From Perkinsus olseni (taxonomy: Eukaryota), in NCBI GenBank assembly GCA_013115125.1, contig JABANN010000127.1:45807-65806 (forward strand): a stretch of DNA of 20,000 nt. Reading direction: 5' to 3'. A model generated the notes under the pieces. It did no database searches. It was not told the DNA's origin and saw only the letters and a list, made by a program, of their open reading frames with translations. Both the position numbers and the translations under genes were made by a program. Positions within the stretch are counted from its first letter, which is position 1. Every line of letters starts with the position of its first letter. Of the stretch, positions 1 to 11,588 are shown one piece after another.

Positions 1-5
1 CCTAC

Positions 6-1547
6 CACTTCTTGAATGCTGGCCCATGAGGCGGCCGGAGCTCGCCGCTCAGTATAAACTGTGCTGCATGACACATCTCGTGGAGTAGAGTCTACAGAGA
101 TTGAGCATCAGCGAAAGTAACAGAACCGAGAGGCTGCCACCTTGCAGACACGCAGTGGCCGATCAAGGACTTTAGTGGAGAGTTCGATCCGACAGATCCC
201 CTTTTTGAATACTGTGACGCCCGCGGTGGTGAGCATCCTGTTGTTCCAGGAGATATCCATGTCCTATCGACAGAGTGTTACCAGTGACCATACGGTGACG
301 TCTGTCTTACTTTTGGCAACCGATTGTCGAAGACTTGCTCGTTTATGCGAGGGTACCTGCGGATCCCAGAAAGGTGTAATTCTCCTATCTGCCCTAGCTA
401 AAACTGTACCACTCTTTCACCAGCTCAGCTCGCATGCGGCTGAAGTCTCCGTCTGGGATAGGGCCATCATCGTCGTTCTCTCCCCCTGATGTCTTCGTCG
501 ACAGTGGAGTTTTTTTCCGTGATCGAGGGCGTCGTCTGGTGCCTGAGCAGGAGCTAGGCTTCCGTCTATGCCAGCAGTTCAGAGCCCGACTACTTATCGG
601 CGTTAGTAGCGCATCATCCTCACTATCATCGTCCTTCTTGTTGTTACCATGTCGGTAGTCAGCTGGTGTTAATGTCATGTACCTGAACACATGAACACTT
701 GCATCATCATGTCATTGCACAGTCGCTGATGTTCTGCAAAAAGGGTTCTCTTACGGGGGTAGCTCCCTCTTCTTATTTGCTGTGTAGGGGGTGTTCTCGT
801 TTCGCGCACCATCAGTGGCGACTTTGTATTCCCCCTGAGAAGAAACCTCACGAGTGCTCGAAATCCCCCGAGACCTTCAGTCATGCCGCGCAGGTTTACT
901 TCAGAGCCGGCCTTCTCATCTCCCGAGTCGCCATCGTCTAGAAGTACTGAGGTGAGCCGACGATCAGGATCAGCACACATTCTCCGGTCCATTCGCGTCT
1001 GGTCGAGCGGATCTCGGTTGACGCCCTCAACATCATCGTCATCACTCAGCTCGATAGGACTAGCTAACGGGCTTGCTACCCTGTCCGATCGCCGAGGTGA
1101 CTCGGATTGAGGCGGCGTCCCGGGGAGGGGAAATTCAGGCGGCGAAATCGGCTCCTGTGGAGGCTCGCGAGGGGGGCTACCCACTGGTTCCTCGAAAGTC
1201 TCTGTAGACGTTTGAGGGACCGTTTCTTCATAGGTCACTTCCTCCTCAGCCACAACCGGCAGGGCGGGAGACTCCATCACATTAGCGAGCGGGTCGTTAG
1301 CATCCTTCACCGGAGAAACCGAGACTCGTGAATGAGTAGGAGTAATCGACAAGTCGAATGTTGAGGTCTCCACGAAAAAGTTCATCGCGGGCAGTATACT
1401 AGATATCTCCGTGATACTGAAGTTGGTCTCCGTAGGCTGCTCAAGGTTGGTCGGCTTAGATGGAGCCTCTCCTCCGGAAGCCACCGAGATAAAGGAGTCC
1501 GATGGCGTACTGGTGCCGGACTCATTGGCGGTGTGGAACGTTGACAT
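6..1547 (-). CDS. GCNA: GCNA/ACRC-family SprT-like zinc metalloprotease with long acidic disordered N-terminus (3' partial)
   Basis: Phase-consistent exons 1547-900, 834-755, 682-410, 356-311, 263-141, 91-6, all with GT-AG introns. The C-terminal part reads RAELVKEWYPRINEQVFDNRLPKDMDISWNNRMLTTAG...CRIELSTKVLDRPLRVCKTLLHEMCHAAQFILSGELRPPHGPAFKKW, containing HExxH (HEMCH), PHG and the IxWxxRxxTTAG / RIELSxKV motifs of GCNA-type SprT domains. The N-terminus is S/T/E/P-rich with a SIM-like PIELSDDDD. Confidence 0.88.
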
Positions 1548-1635
1548 GACTGCCCGGTCAAGATGTTGTCCTACCCAAAAGTGCGATCACGATATAACCC
1601 CTACTGTCGTACTCTGTGTATTGACGAACTCAGGG

Positions 1636-3831
1636 CTATGATATACGAGATGCTCCGGTAATGCGGACATGTGTCATTGATGAGTCCTCCTCCCCTCTGA
1701 TACCAGGCAATACGAGCGTACTCGGTCGCAGCCAGCGGCACGTAGACAGGATATTTGACGTTACACGGGAGGGCGGAGTCTGATCGTGGCCGTTGCGGAG
1801 CGGGGATGTCATGGAGGTACCGTCTGTGGCGTCCATAGCGGCAGCGAACATCCTCCAAAGGTCGAGGGACGCTTCATGGACGGAAATGCCGCTCCTTCTG
1901 GACGATAGGGCGAAATCTGATCGGCAGTAAGAACTGGATGGTAATAGATACCCCGAGTTCACACCTCGGAAGGCGTCCACAGCTCGGGGATAGGACTTCG
2001 ACAGCCTCCACGTGGCGAACGCGATGAGCTGTCTCCACTGCTTTTCTCGTGCATCGGCGCTCGTGCCTGATGAGCAGCGATTACACAGGTTGATCAGGCA
2101 GGCCCCTCTACTGCCTATCAAGAGAATACGGTGGCCGGGTGGAACCAGTGAAGGAGCCCGAGATAACCTCTACTATATGGTCACTCCATTAAAGCCAACA
2201 TCATGTTCACGCTACGATGATGATAAGTCAATAGTCGGGTACCAACAACGAAAGGCGTTCGAAAACCGCGGTCATGGATGCTCCCCCTACCGTTATCGAG
2301 GAGGCTGAGGGTTGTCTCTCGGAGCTCATTCGGGTCCGGGAATCCCTGCGGCACAGCCCCATACCCGACATATGGCCACACATTCTCTACTGCCGCCAGT
2401 GGTAAAGACCCTCCATCCGAACACTCATAAGGGCCATCATCCAGTGACAAAAATGACCACGCCACTGCAGCGTTGAAGTAGGCTCCCCCAGGAGCTCGGG
2501 CCGGCGACCAAGCTAGGTGTAGCATCGAATAAGGTACGACCATACAGTCACCAACGCGCTGGACGGCCGTTCGGATCTCGACCTTCTCAAGCCAGGGGCG
2601 ATGGAGATCCTCATCGATAGCATCTAGGTCGAGCGCGAGCCAGTCGGTTCCGGTATTGTGGCGATCGTCGGTGCTGTTGTAGCGACCACCGCGCACCCAG
2701 GGTAGGATACCACCGTACTTGCGGGTGTCGATGAACCACCAGAGCTTCTCACCCTCCCCCGCCACGAGACAGTTCATGACATTCTCCTTGTCATAGTGGA
2801 AGGAAGACCTCGTCTCCAGCCCCGCTGGAGATATCCACAGGCCGTTCTCCTCGATGACCAGCCCTTCGCGATGCCCCCACCGAGGCACTTCCACCTCCCA
2901 TGCCATCGCTTGTGGTAGCGTCGACACAACGTACCAGTCCTTGGAAGGTTCCAGTTCCCTCAGCGCCATCCGGGACACGGCCTCCTTAGCAACCCCTCGC
3001 AGCTCCACCGAAGTTTCTAGCTTGACTTGCAGGTCACCGACGTCGCCGTTCTCCAGCCACTTTCCTCTGGACCAGCCAGGAATCTTTATGGCGTCCCTTA
3101 TGACCAAGGGCCTGTGACCAGCGATGTACCGATTCCAGTACTCATCACATGAGAGCTCCGAGCTCTCGATAGAGTCGATGCTGTGGTACCGTCCTCTCAC
3201 TATAAAGGATTCATTCAGTGATGAGCCACCGGGATCGCCCGCGTGTAACGGTAGCTGGCAGAAGAGCGGCAACTCTCGATGCAGCCACATAAATGCGTCC
3301 TTCCCGAGGCCTTCAGTAGGGAACCCTCCCCCACGTAGTGCTTTTGACTGTTCTCGTGTGCGGTAGTAGTGCCACAGTCTAGCAGCCAACAGCGCCTGCT
3401 CGCCTTGGCCATGCACCTCGCAGACCTGGGTGCGGCGTTCTGCCGCTACATCTCCGCTTTTTTCAGCTGAGCTCACCTCCCGATCAATCACAAAGTCCAA
3501 CAGCTCAGCACGAGAGATTGAGCCGCTCCTGTCGGAGTCGTAGTAGTAGAAGTCGGGTAGATGTCCAAAGTCTCCTGAAACACCGAGTGGTACCATCAGA
3601 GCGGGGCGAGCAGCAAGTCCCGCCCACCCGCAAAGGACAGAGTCGGCATGGCCGCGCCCAGTAGCAGACAGCGAGGCTTCATTTATGGTAACTCTAACCA
3701 CTGATGAGCTTCGTGGTGGCTTCCATGAAGGGTAGTCCTCTGAGCTGATGGGGAGAAGGTTGCAGAGCACAGACGACGCGTACAATGAAGAACCCCAATA
3801 CTCCAACGACGAAATCAACAACAACTTTCAT
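1636..3831 (-). CDS. JmjC/cupin (Cupin_8-like) Fe(II)/2OG oxygenase with N-terminal signal peptide and one EF-hand
   Basis: ATG at 3831 gives MKVVVDFVVGVLGFFIVRVVCA. Phase-1 GT-AG intron 3698-3575 joins ORF 2181..3824. EF-hand loop DSDRSGSISRAE at 3539-3504; JmjC signatures RPLVIRDA, LWIS, SSFHYD (HxD, 2798-2790), NCLVAGEGEK and GDCMVVPYSMLH. A phase-1 donor near 2290 can join ORF 1636..2121, so the 3' end is approximate. Confidence 0.8.
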
Positions 3832-3884
3832 AGCAATCCTCCTGCCCTTGACCTTTGCCTTCCCACTACCCACACCGCCGAGAC

Positions 3885-6293
3885 CTAGAATCGTCGCGAT
3901 AGTGAGACACCCATGAGGGGTGTGGACGAGCTGTGCATTACGGGTACATTTGCATAGTAATGAACATCTCGCACGTTCAACACTGTACTTGTGCCGCTCA
4001 GCTTATCTACAGCGAAAAGTCCTTGGTGCGAGGTCCATGTTGTGGGAAGGCTGAATCCAACCCCTCAGTGACCACAGAGAAAGGCATTATGCACTCGAAT
4101 TTACAAGAGTTTGTCGTGGCCAATTGTATTGCAGGCATTCTACACCCACCGAGCTCGGCAGAGGAGAAGCCCCTAGATCACCAGGGATGGATGGAGCCGG
4201 CGGCAGGACATCTACTTGCGTCACTGCGCCACATAATTTGACAACAGGCACTAGCTTCGTGTCAGTGCATGATGTGAGGACCTCTACCCAGACCATGCCG
4301 CCTTTGAGTCCAATCTCTATCCGTCCTGGTAGGTAACGGAGGACCAGAACGTCGCCAGGGGTGCATCGAGTAGGGCAGTGTTTGACTCGGCCGAGGTACC
4401 TAGATAACCCACACATGGAGGCAGGAAGCTCATGGTAGTGTAACGACCCGCTCGGCTCGGAACAGACTGTCCCATTACGGGTAGAGCTAGACGTGGGGAC
4501 GTGCTCAAGTCGAATCTGTCGGTAGATGCCATATGTGGATTCGACCGAGGCCCGACGCCATCGCCGACTCTGGGCGTGGTCCTACTCAGACTGAAGCCTC
4601 AGTGATGCGACAATGAGGAGCCGAACAGGAAGTGGACATCTTAGCAGGCGCTCTAGGGATGTGGCTCCATCAGTAGGAGATACTCACGAGTTAGCACTCT
4701 GATGGGAGGCAACTGATACATGGCCATCTACGGTCAAGGTGATCATCATCCACTCCCTTCCCTCCAGGACTCCTCGAGGAGCACAATCCTGTCGTGTAGG
4801 GAGATGAGAGGCCACGGGCTCCGTAGCAAGACCTAGAAAGGAGTTCTCCGACCGGGCCAAGACTTTCAGCACGATATGCTGTATCAGGTGCTCACTAAAG
4901 CTACGCTAGGCTAAAAAGCGTCACGAAAGTGACTTTTTGGGATTCTGAGTGATACTACTACAATAACAGTAACAGTAACACGCGAGGTAGGGTAGTGGGA
5001 GAGAGACGACCCCCTCGGAAAGTGACAGTCGATTGTGGACAACATCCCCTCACACTCACCAATGCCCATCAATACGTTAAACTTATCCGCCTTGACATCC
5101 ACAAGGACCAGCTCAATCTCCTCCCCTTTGTACACGGCACTAGACAGCAGGATGCCCGTGCCTCCCCGCAGTGGGCCCCGCGGGTAACGACCGTGAGCAT
5201 AGGACGACCTCTCCTTCCACGACAAGCCAACTACCTGATAGGAAAGCGAGGATTCCTGCCTTCAGCAGTACCGCTCCTACTACCTGCCCATGCTCCTCGT
5301 CCCAGCGAGTTATGGCAACGCATTCTCCATCGACTTTAATCCGGCTAGGGTCGAACCCGCGACCTCCGGCAGAAGAGCTACTGGACAGATGACCTGACCA
5401 TTATAGCAGCCGGCGATAGTGGAAGATGAGCTGAGATCGTGCAGACCCGAGACGGCCCACAGCCGCCCAATTCCCACCGCCTCACGCGAGTCAAAGGCTG
5501 GCGGTCCGGCCGGAAGCACATCTGTCCCTTCACCCAGAGAGTTCATCACCGCCGCTATCCCCAAGGCTGCTGAGCCACTCGACGCTTGGGCCGAGTCACA
5601 GGCCGACGTGTCACCATCATCCACCCGATAGACCTCGGGAACACGCGGAGCCTCTTTGCCAGAGCACGGCCTCTTTGGCCCTCCACTCTCCGGCTGCCGC
5701 GAGTCGGTTTTTCCGCGTTTACTCCGCCTTCGTTTCCCCCTCTTTTTCCTCTCGTCTACTGCCATCGATGGTGCACCTCCGGTAGATCCCCTCGTGAGTG
5801 AGCCCCGATAGTACACCCTCTGGCCTCCACTCACTGCAGGCTGGCTGCACAGAAGCTGGCTGTCGCTCAGCGCCCCAACGAGGCCTTCATCTCTTGACAC
5901 ACTACCAACAGGCCTTGCTTCCGAAGAGGCCCTCCGCAGCTTGCCCACGTCCTCGTCAGGTACAGCGCTCCCACTCCCATCGCGGTATGAGCCACCAACA
6001 GCAGCGCTGACCCTCGGCCGAAGGTTCACAATGGCGTTGCCTGGCACTGAGAGGTTCTCCTTGTCTCCGCACTCCCCTCGAGCTCTCAGCTGAACCCGTC
6101 TGCTGACCTTCCCGCTCAGTTCCAAGCGAGAGCCCTCTCTCGGGAATAATTTCGGTTTCCAGTCTCCCCCATGATCGGAATGCTCCCTGCGGCTGTCGCT
6201 CACTTCCGCGTCATCAGCCGTAAGATTGACCTCCCTCAGCGGCTCTCGTCTCGCCGGTCGATATCTCCTACCCAGCGATGGCGCCCATTCCAT
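3885..6293 (-). CDS. Hypothetical multi-exon protein; basic low-complexity N-terminus, possibly beta-rich C-terminal part
   Basis: 327-aa ORF 5310..6293 with NLS-like RKKRGKRRRSKR, followed by protein-like minus-strand segments flanked by GT/AG (ITRWDEEHGQ|VVGLSWKE, EIELVLVDVK, RIEIGLKGGMVWVEV). Exon chain only partly resolved; stop at 3885 is tentative. Confidence 0.45.
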
Positions 6294-6615
6294 TTGAGAC
6301 CACCTTCAACCCAAGATACCATTGACTACCACTCAACACTCCAGCTTCGATCACGAGCTAGGTAGACTACAAGATCACTCGCTGAGAGAACAATCACAAG
6401 TTGGAGCAGTAACCTGCGATCAAGTAGTACAATACTTATATGTATCAACAAATAACAAGGACAGTACGGGCGGCGGCGGTGGATCTACTACTAAAAGGCT
6501 AGCCGGCTTTGTGGTTGGCTAAGTCGGCCCCTGGAAAGAGCTGCCATTCCGAGCGTCCAAGGCACTCCTGGCCTGCGAGGAGATCGGCAACAAGGAACGA
6601 GACCTCCTCCCGCTA

Positions 6616-7684
6616 TCACAGACTGCGAGCTGACCGACCGGTCGCATCGTCGTCGGCATGCACACCCGCCATGGCTGCCTTCTGCGGCAGGGAATTGCGG
6701 CGATTCCGGTTGCCTCGCCGACCCGACCGCCTACTTTTCCCACTCCCATCAGCAGCTGTCTCCTCCATAGGTACTGCACCAGGCTCCTGACCGTACAAAG
6801 GAGAGCTGTCCTTCTCCACGATGCGAAGTGGCCCATTGGTCTCTGCATAGGATGGTATATCGGCTAGACCAACGTTTATCAAATCCTCATCATCACCCGA
6901 CTCTTCAGCCCAATCGAAGCTAGTCGACATTTTGAGCCCCTTCTTAGTCGTCATTCGTTCCCGACTTGGCTCGGTTCCCGTAGAGCTACTGCTCTCTCTG
7001 GATTCCATCTTCTCATCCACCTGAGCCTCCACCTCGCCCGGATCATTCACGGAGGGGGTTTCTTGATACACCGAGACCGAAGCATCGGATGTTGCCGATC
7101 GCCCGGCGAATAGCGACGGTCGCCAGCTGAGAGCAGCCTCAGCCTCTTGGCCAACTACGCCAGCACCCGCGACTTCTGCTGGTGCGCCGTCACCTGTCGG
7201 AGCCAGTCGTGCATCACCCAGCACTTCCGGGGACTCGTCCATGCTAGTGGGCGAGCCAGACCCAGCTGACTCCCCCGGGGGCAACCCAATCGAACTGTCA
7301 GGGCTCCTGATCTTGGGTATCCACTTCACAGGCGAATCCTGGCAAGCCTCGCTACTGCCGGTGTCGTTGATATCAATAGAGGAGGCAGGAGGGCTCATGG
7401 CCGCCGATCTGTCCTTCGGCAAAGGCAGCTTCAACTTTGGTACCAATCGTGCTGGCTCAGCTGTGGACTCATCAGTCTCCCGAGAGCAGTTGGGCGAGCG
7501 CAGTGTCGAGAGAGTGTCGATCTCGCCAACGTCTTTACCGATACTAGACACCTCCTCCTCCCGTCCAATGGTCGACACGTCATGTCCTGACCATTCCCTC
7601 TGTGGTTCTTCTCCCAAGGGCTCCTCATCCCCTCCGCGCAGACTCGGAATCCACGACCCCGGTACGAAGTCGCTATCCTCATCC

Positions 7685-7722
<38 letters not shown>

Positions 7723-9421
7723 GCCGTACGCAGGTCCGTAGATCTCGTCTTCCGTTGCTGGCTTTTTGCCTTCGACGCTGTCCTCTCCGGGTTCTGGGAG
7801 AGGAAAACAGAAATTCTCTCAGCAGCAATCGGGCAACGGTGGTATATTCACATTTAAATTACCTGTGTGATCCACCGACGCCGATGTTCCCCATGGAGGC
7901 AGCTCCAACGGGGGCATCAAAGGGGGCTTGGCGACCACCGGACTGGGCGGCGCAGGCCGACGAGCTTCCACCGGTCCCCACCTCCACCACCCAGCCGCTA
8001 GCGGTAATGCTACTTCCCTCGCTCGATTGTACCTCAACGACGATCCACCAAACTTCCCCAAGCCAGCAACCCTACAAAGTACTACTCTCGGCGCTCCGCC
8101 TTGGTCATGGTCTGTACAAACGTCTCCAGTAGCAGCACCCCCTCACTCTTCTGTGCATCCGCTGCTGCATCCGAGACGTGGAAGCCAATCTGAGCACCAA
8201 TCATCCAGCCTTCTGGGGCACGCTCCAATAGCTGCACCTCCGTCGTCCAGAAACTCTTCTCCTCCGCAGTTCTCGCGACCGCTTCTAAATGTACCACCTG
8301 CTTCTGGCCCTTCAGAAGACGGATGATACTGCACACAGAACAACCATCGTCTCCAAGCATTTCCTACGTCGCGCCACGACCCAACTCGCTGAGACTTCAG
8401 AGCGGAGCGAAGACATGTGCCCAGCTGCTTCAGCGCATACTACCGTACCATCCCTTCAACAGCAGATCCAGGTGGACCCACGGACCATGAACCTACCTCT
8501 TTACGAGAGTTTTCCGCGCCTTCTCGTCGACTGCTGTCACTAATTCGATTCGTGCGTAATTAGATACCCGGAGGTATACTGCAAGCGCTTCTGCAACGCC
8601 ACCTTCGCCCTGAATGACCCATCGGCCTTGCCACATTGTATGCATGACTATTACCATTGCCGCTGACAATCGCAGGCCGGAGCGACGCGTCACCGCAGTC
8701 CATATTCCCTTTCCAGAGTCCCCTTGTACGTGCACTCCTGTGACTCGGAGGAGCTCATTCAACGCCTCAGTAGGAGCTGCAAGAAATTCACCGTAGCTCC
8801 GACCATCAGCTACATTCGTAACACCCGATGAACACGATAAATTATCTACCTCGCCTTGTTTTCGGAACATTCCGAATGAGCCCATGGGCGTGTCTGCCAC
8901 GATCCCCATGTAACTACCTTCTTCCGATGAAGGCCTCACATCATGGACGATACTGAACTGGACGTCCTCCTCGCCCCGATCAGGCTTCTCCTCTCTCTTG
9001 CCAATCGGAGCCGAACGCTCATTCTTAGCGTTTCCTCTCGGTGTCCGATGGCTTGAACGCTTCCTACCAACCCTCTCCGTGCGCTCGGACTTCGCGCCCT
9101 TCTCCAATGCTACCCTATGGGAATCGTGACGACCAAAGAACAGCGGTTTCATATTGAACCTGAAAATAGACACGATATTTTCCTCCCCCCTTCGCTTCTC
9201 ACCCGCACTCACCCGCCAAAGGCCACGACCGCCGACAACGTTATGAGAATAATAAAGACGATAAAACCGATATCGGCCGCCCTTCCCCCCAGGAGCGCAA
9301 CCGAAGTCTCGGGCATCGCTATCGCTGGCTCTGGGGTTCTCAATGCCAGCACCCGTACTGGGCTTTGGACGAATACCGCTACCATGGCAGCGGATGGGAT
9401 AATCACGGGCTCTGACCGCAT
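6616..9421 (-). CDS. Hypothetical protein with N-terminal transmembrane segment and acidic low-complexity C-terminal half
   Basis: Exon 9421-9213 encodes hydrophobic IGFIVFIILITLSAVVAFG. Phase-2 GT-AG intron 9212-9160 joins ORF 8493..9425. Further coding-like segments occur at ~8360-8085 and ~8060-7865, then a long exon with poly-Asp in frame with ORF 6616..7617. Internal junctions are unresolved and this could be two genes. Confidence 0.5.
7685..7722. repeat. (TCA)n microsatellite, read as poly-Asp on the minus strand
   Basis: About 12 perfect TCA units; the GAT frame is continuous with ORF 6616..7617. Confidence 0.9.
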
Positions 9422-9803
9422 ACAAGAGGTGTAGTGAATTAAAAGCGACACCGCCTAAGGACTGGCGGACAATTGAGGAAAAAACAAACTACACACACTC
9501 AGGACTGCACGAAAGCTGGACAGAACCATTCCCCTCCATACTGGCGGATTCCTATGATCTCACACTGGAGCGCAATAGTTGTTGTGTGCGAGTCTCGGCT
9601 GATCCATGCAAGTATCGACCTATAAAACGGCTCAACAACACTCAAACCGCGGCCACCGCGAATTGATAACACAAGCAGACTCGGGCTCCGAAGAAACGCA
9701 CACACTGCCCTCATCTTACACCACCCGATGTGCAGAAAAATACTACTACTCCGCAGCAGCAGCAGCCTGCCACAGAGATGGCCTACCAACTAAGCACTAC
9801 CGC

Positions 9804-11118
9804 TTAGTAGCTCTGATGAGCCGGCAATGTTGTGCCAGTGGACGGATCGAACACCCAAGGCTTCGGCTCGTCCTCCTTCTCCCCGAGACTGCACAGGAAT
9901 AGGTGAACTCGAGAAAATAACGAACGGGGCTCCACTTACTTGATCTGGTCCAAAGCCTCCTTAGCCTTCGGCACTACACGATCGTAGCGGCCCAGCTCCG
10001 CCCGTATCGAGACGAGATCACTCTTGTCAAAACTAAGAACCATACTTCAGCACTCATTACTTCACCGACTGTAATGCTATAGCATACCACAAGCACCCCT
10101 GACTGAAGGAGATCTTGCGACTTCAAACCAATCCCAGAAGATTTCGGCAAAGCTGTTCGACACAAGTGAACCTTTCCCAACACTACCGGCTCCCGTCCGG
10201 CTTCCACCCTAATGGTAGGATCGCAATCTGCGGTGAGTCGACTACCTCCATGTCGTACCTGATACAAAGCGAGCGGATTGAGAAGCAGCAGAAGTTGGAA
10301 ACTTTAAGTTGAGGGCCACTATGGTTCGGAGCCATGATACGTTCAGAGACTACAAGTGTGCGTAAGTATACGGATGGAAACGTAAAGGAGGTGTTCAATC
10401 GACTAATTCTGAGTCCATTCTGGAACCACATTTTCCGGTAAAAGTAATTTTCCGAGTAAAAACAATTTCCGGACCTGAATTCCAAAACTAGTTTACTGAC
10501 CAGGAGGAATGAATCCCGAGAAACACGCAGGTAACGCCGACAGGAGAGAAAGAAAAGCGTGATTAGTAGTAGTCAAGGCCTTACGCAGCAGTGGGGACCT
10601 CATCCATGTCAACTTTATAAAAAGTAGCCTGAGGGTAGCTCGCGGAAAGCTTCTCGAACTCCGGCTCGAACATCTTGGCACCGGTGGACCATTTGGCAGC
10701 GAACCATCCGACCATCATGTGAGACGTCTGCTTCAATGCCTCGTAGTCGGCGTAGTTGTCAATTTTCTGAAGTACAACAACAGATCAGCCACCATCTTCC
10801 TTTACGAGAAGACCATTCTCGACAGTCAGTCCCTATCCAGAATGGGTGTCAATAAAGCGATTCTAAAACTCAGAATTCATTCCGGAACCGAATCAAGGGT
10901 GTAATATTAAACTCCAGAATCGATTCGGGGTTTCAGGATTAGTTGAATGAATGGTATTGAACGGACATAACTTCCCACAGTGTCCCAACGGAGGTCCCCA
11001 CAATGACTCTGGTCCACAGCACATATGGCTGGCTTACCCTAACGGTAGTGCTGCCAGCGGCGGTGCAAAAACGCCTGCCGAGGTTCTGTAGAGTGAGCCG
11101 CGTAGCAGAGGAGAGCAT
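9804..11118 (-). CDS. Mitochondrion-targeted thioredoxin-fold protein without CxxC (170 aa)
   Basis: Phase-consistent exons 11118-11038, 10766-10585, 10258-10187, 10032-9940, 9888-9804 (513 nt, ends TAA). Exon 1 MLSSATRLTLQNLGRRFCTAAGSTTVR is Arg/Ser/Thr-rich and acid-free, like a transit peptide. The core MMVGWFAAKWSTGAKMFEPEFEKLSASYPQATFYKVDMDEVPTAAYDMEVVDSPQI follows the thioredoxin pattern. Confidence 0.85.
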
Positions 11119-11588
11119 TGATAAGGAGGGCCTCTCTGTGGAAACGACAGTATCAAGTTGCTCACAAAGTCGACCTGCGAGTCTATTTGCATGAATTTTT
11201 TTCCTGCACTTTTGATTTCTCAAGGCTCGAGTTGAGTTGACTGCGCGTGTGTGTTTGAACTCCAGCGCCGTCGCCGGCTTGGTTTTACTCAACTGTCGTC
11301 AAAGAGTTGAGTCACTCAACTCTTTGACGACATTTGAGTGTGGTCAGGCATCCTTTCTCAATCATCGCTGCCACAGCGCCATAGGTCCTAGGTGGACTAC
11401 AGGATTGCACTTGTACTCCACGACTCTCCTTAATAAACAACCATTGCTACGAACGATTATAAGATCACCAAAGGTTCAACCTTTAAGCTTGCATCTCGGC
11501 CGCCGCAGCATTCCGCAAGCCTCGGTTCATTATCCACGGGGATATGCGTAACTCAACAGAAAGCGTCGTGGATGTGGGTTCAACATGG

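Noticed and set aside
3575..3824. TTG-started N-terminus of the 547-aa ORF
   Set aside because: Better explained by an ATG 3831 exon in another frame plus a GT-AG intron.
5343..5370. B-box/T-arm-like GGAGGTCGCGGGTTCGACCCTAG on the minus strand
   Set aside because: The T stem pairs poorly and no acceptor, D or anticodon arms can be formed.
7241..8132. Poly-Ser, poly-His and poly-Met ORFs
   Set aside because: Alternative frames of the (TCA)n microsatellite; only the poly-Asp frame joins the long ORF.
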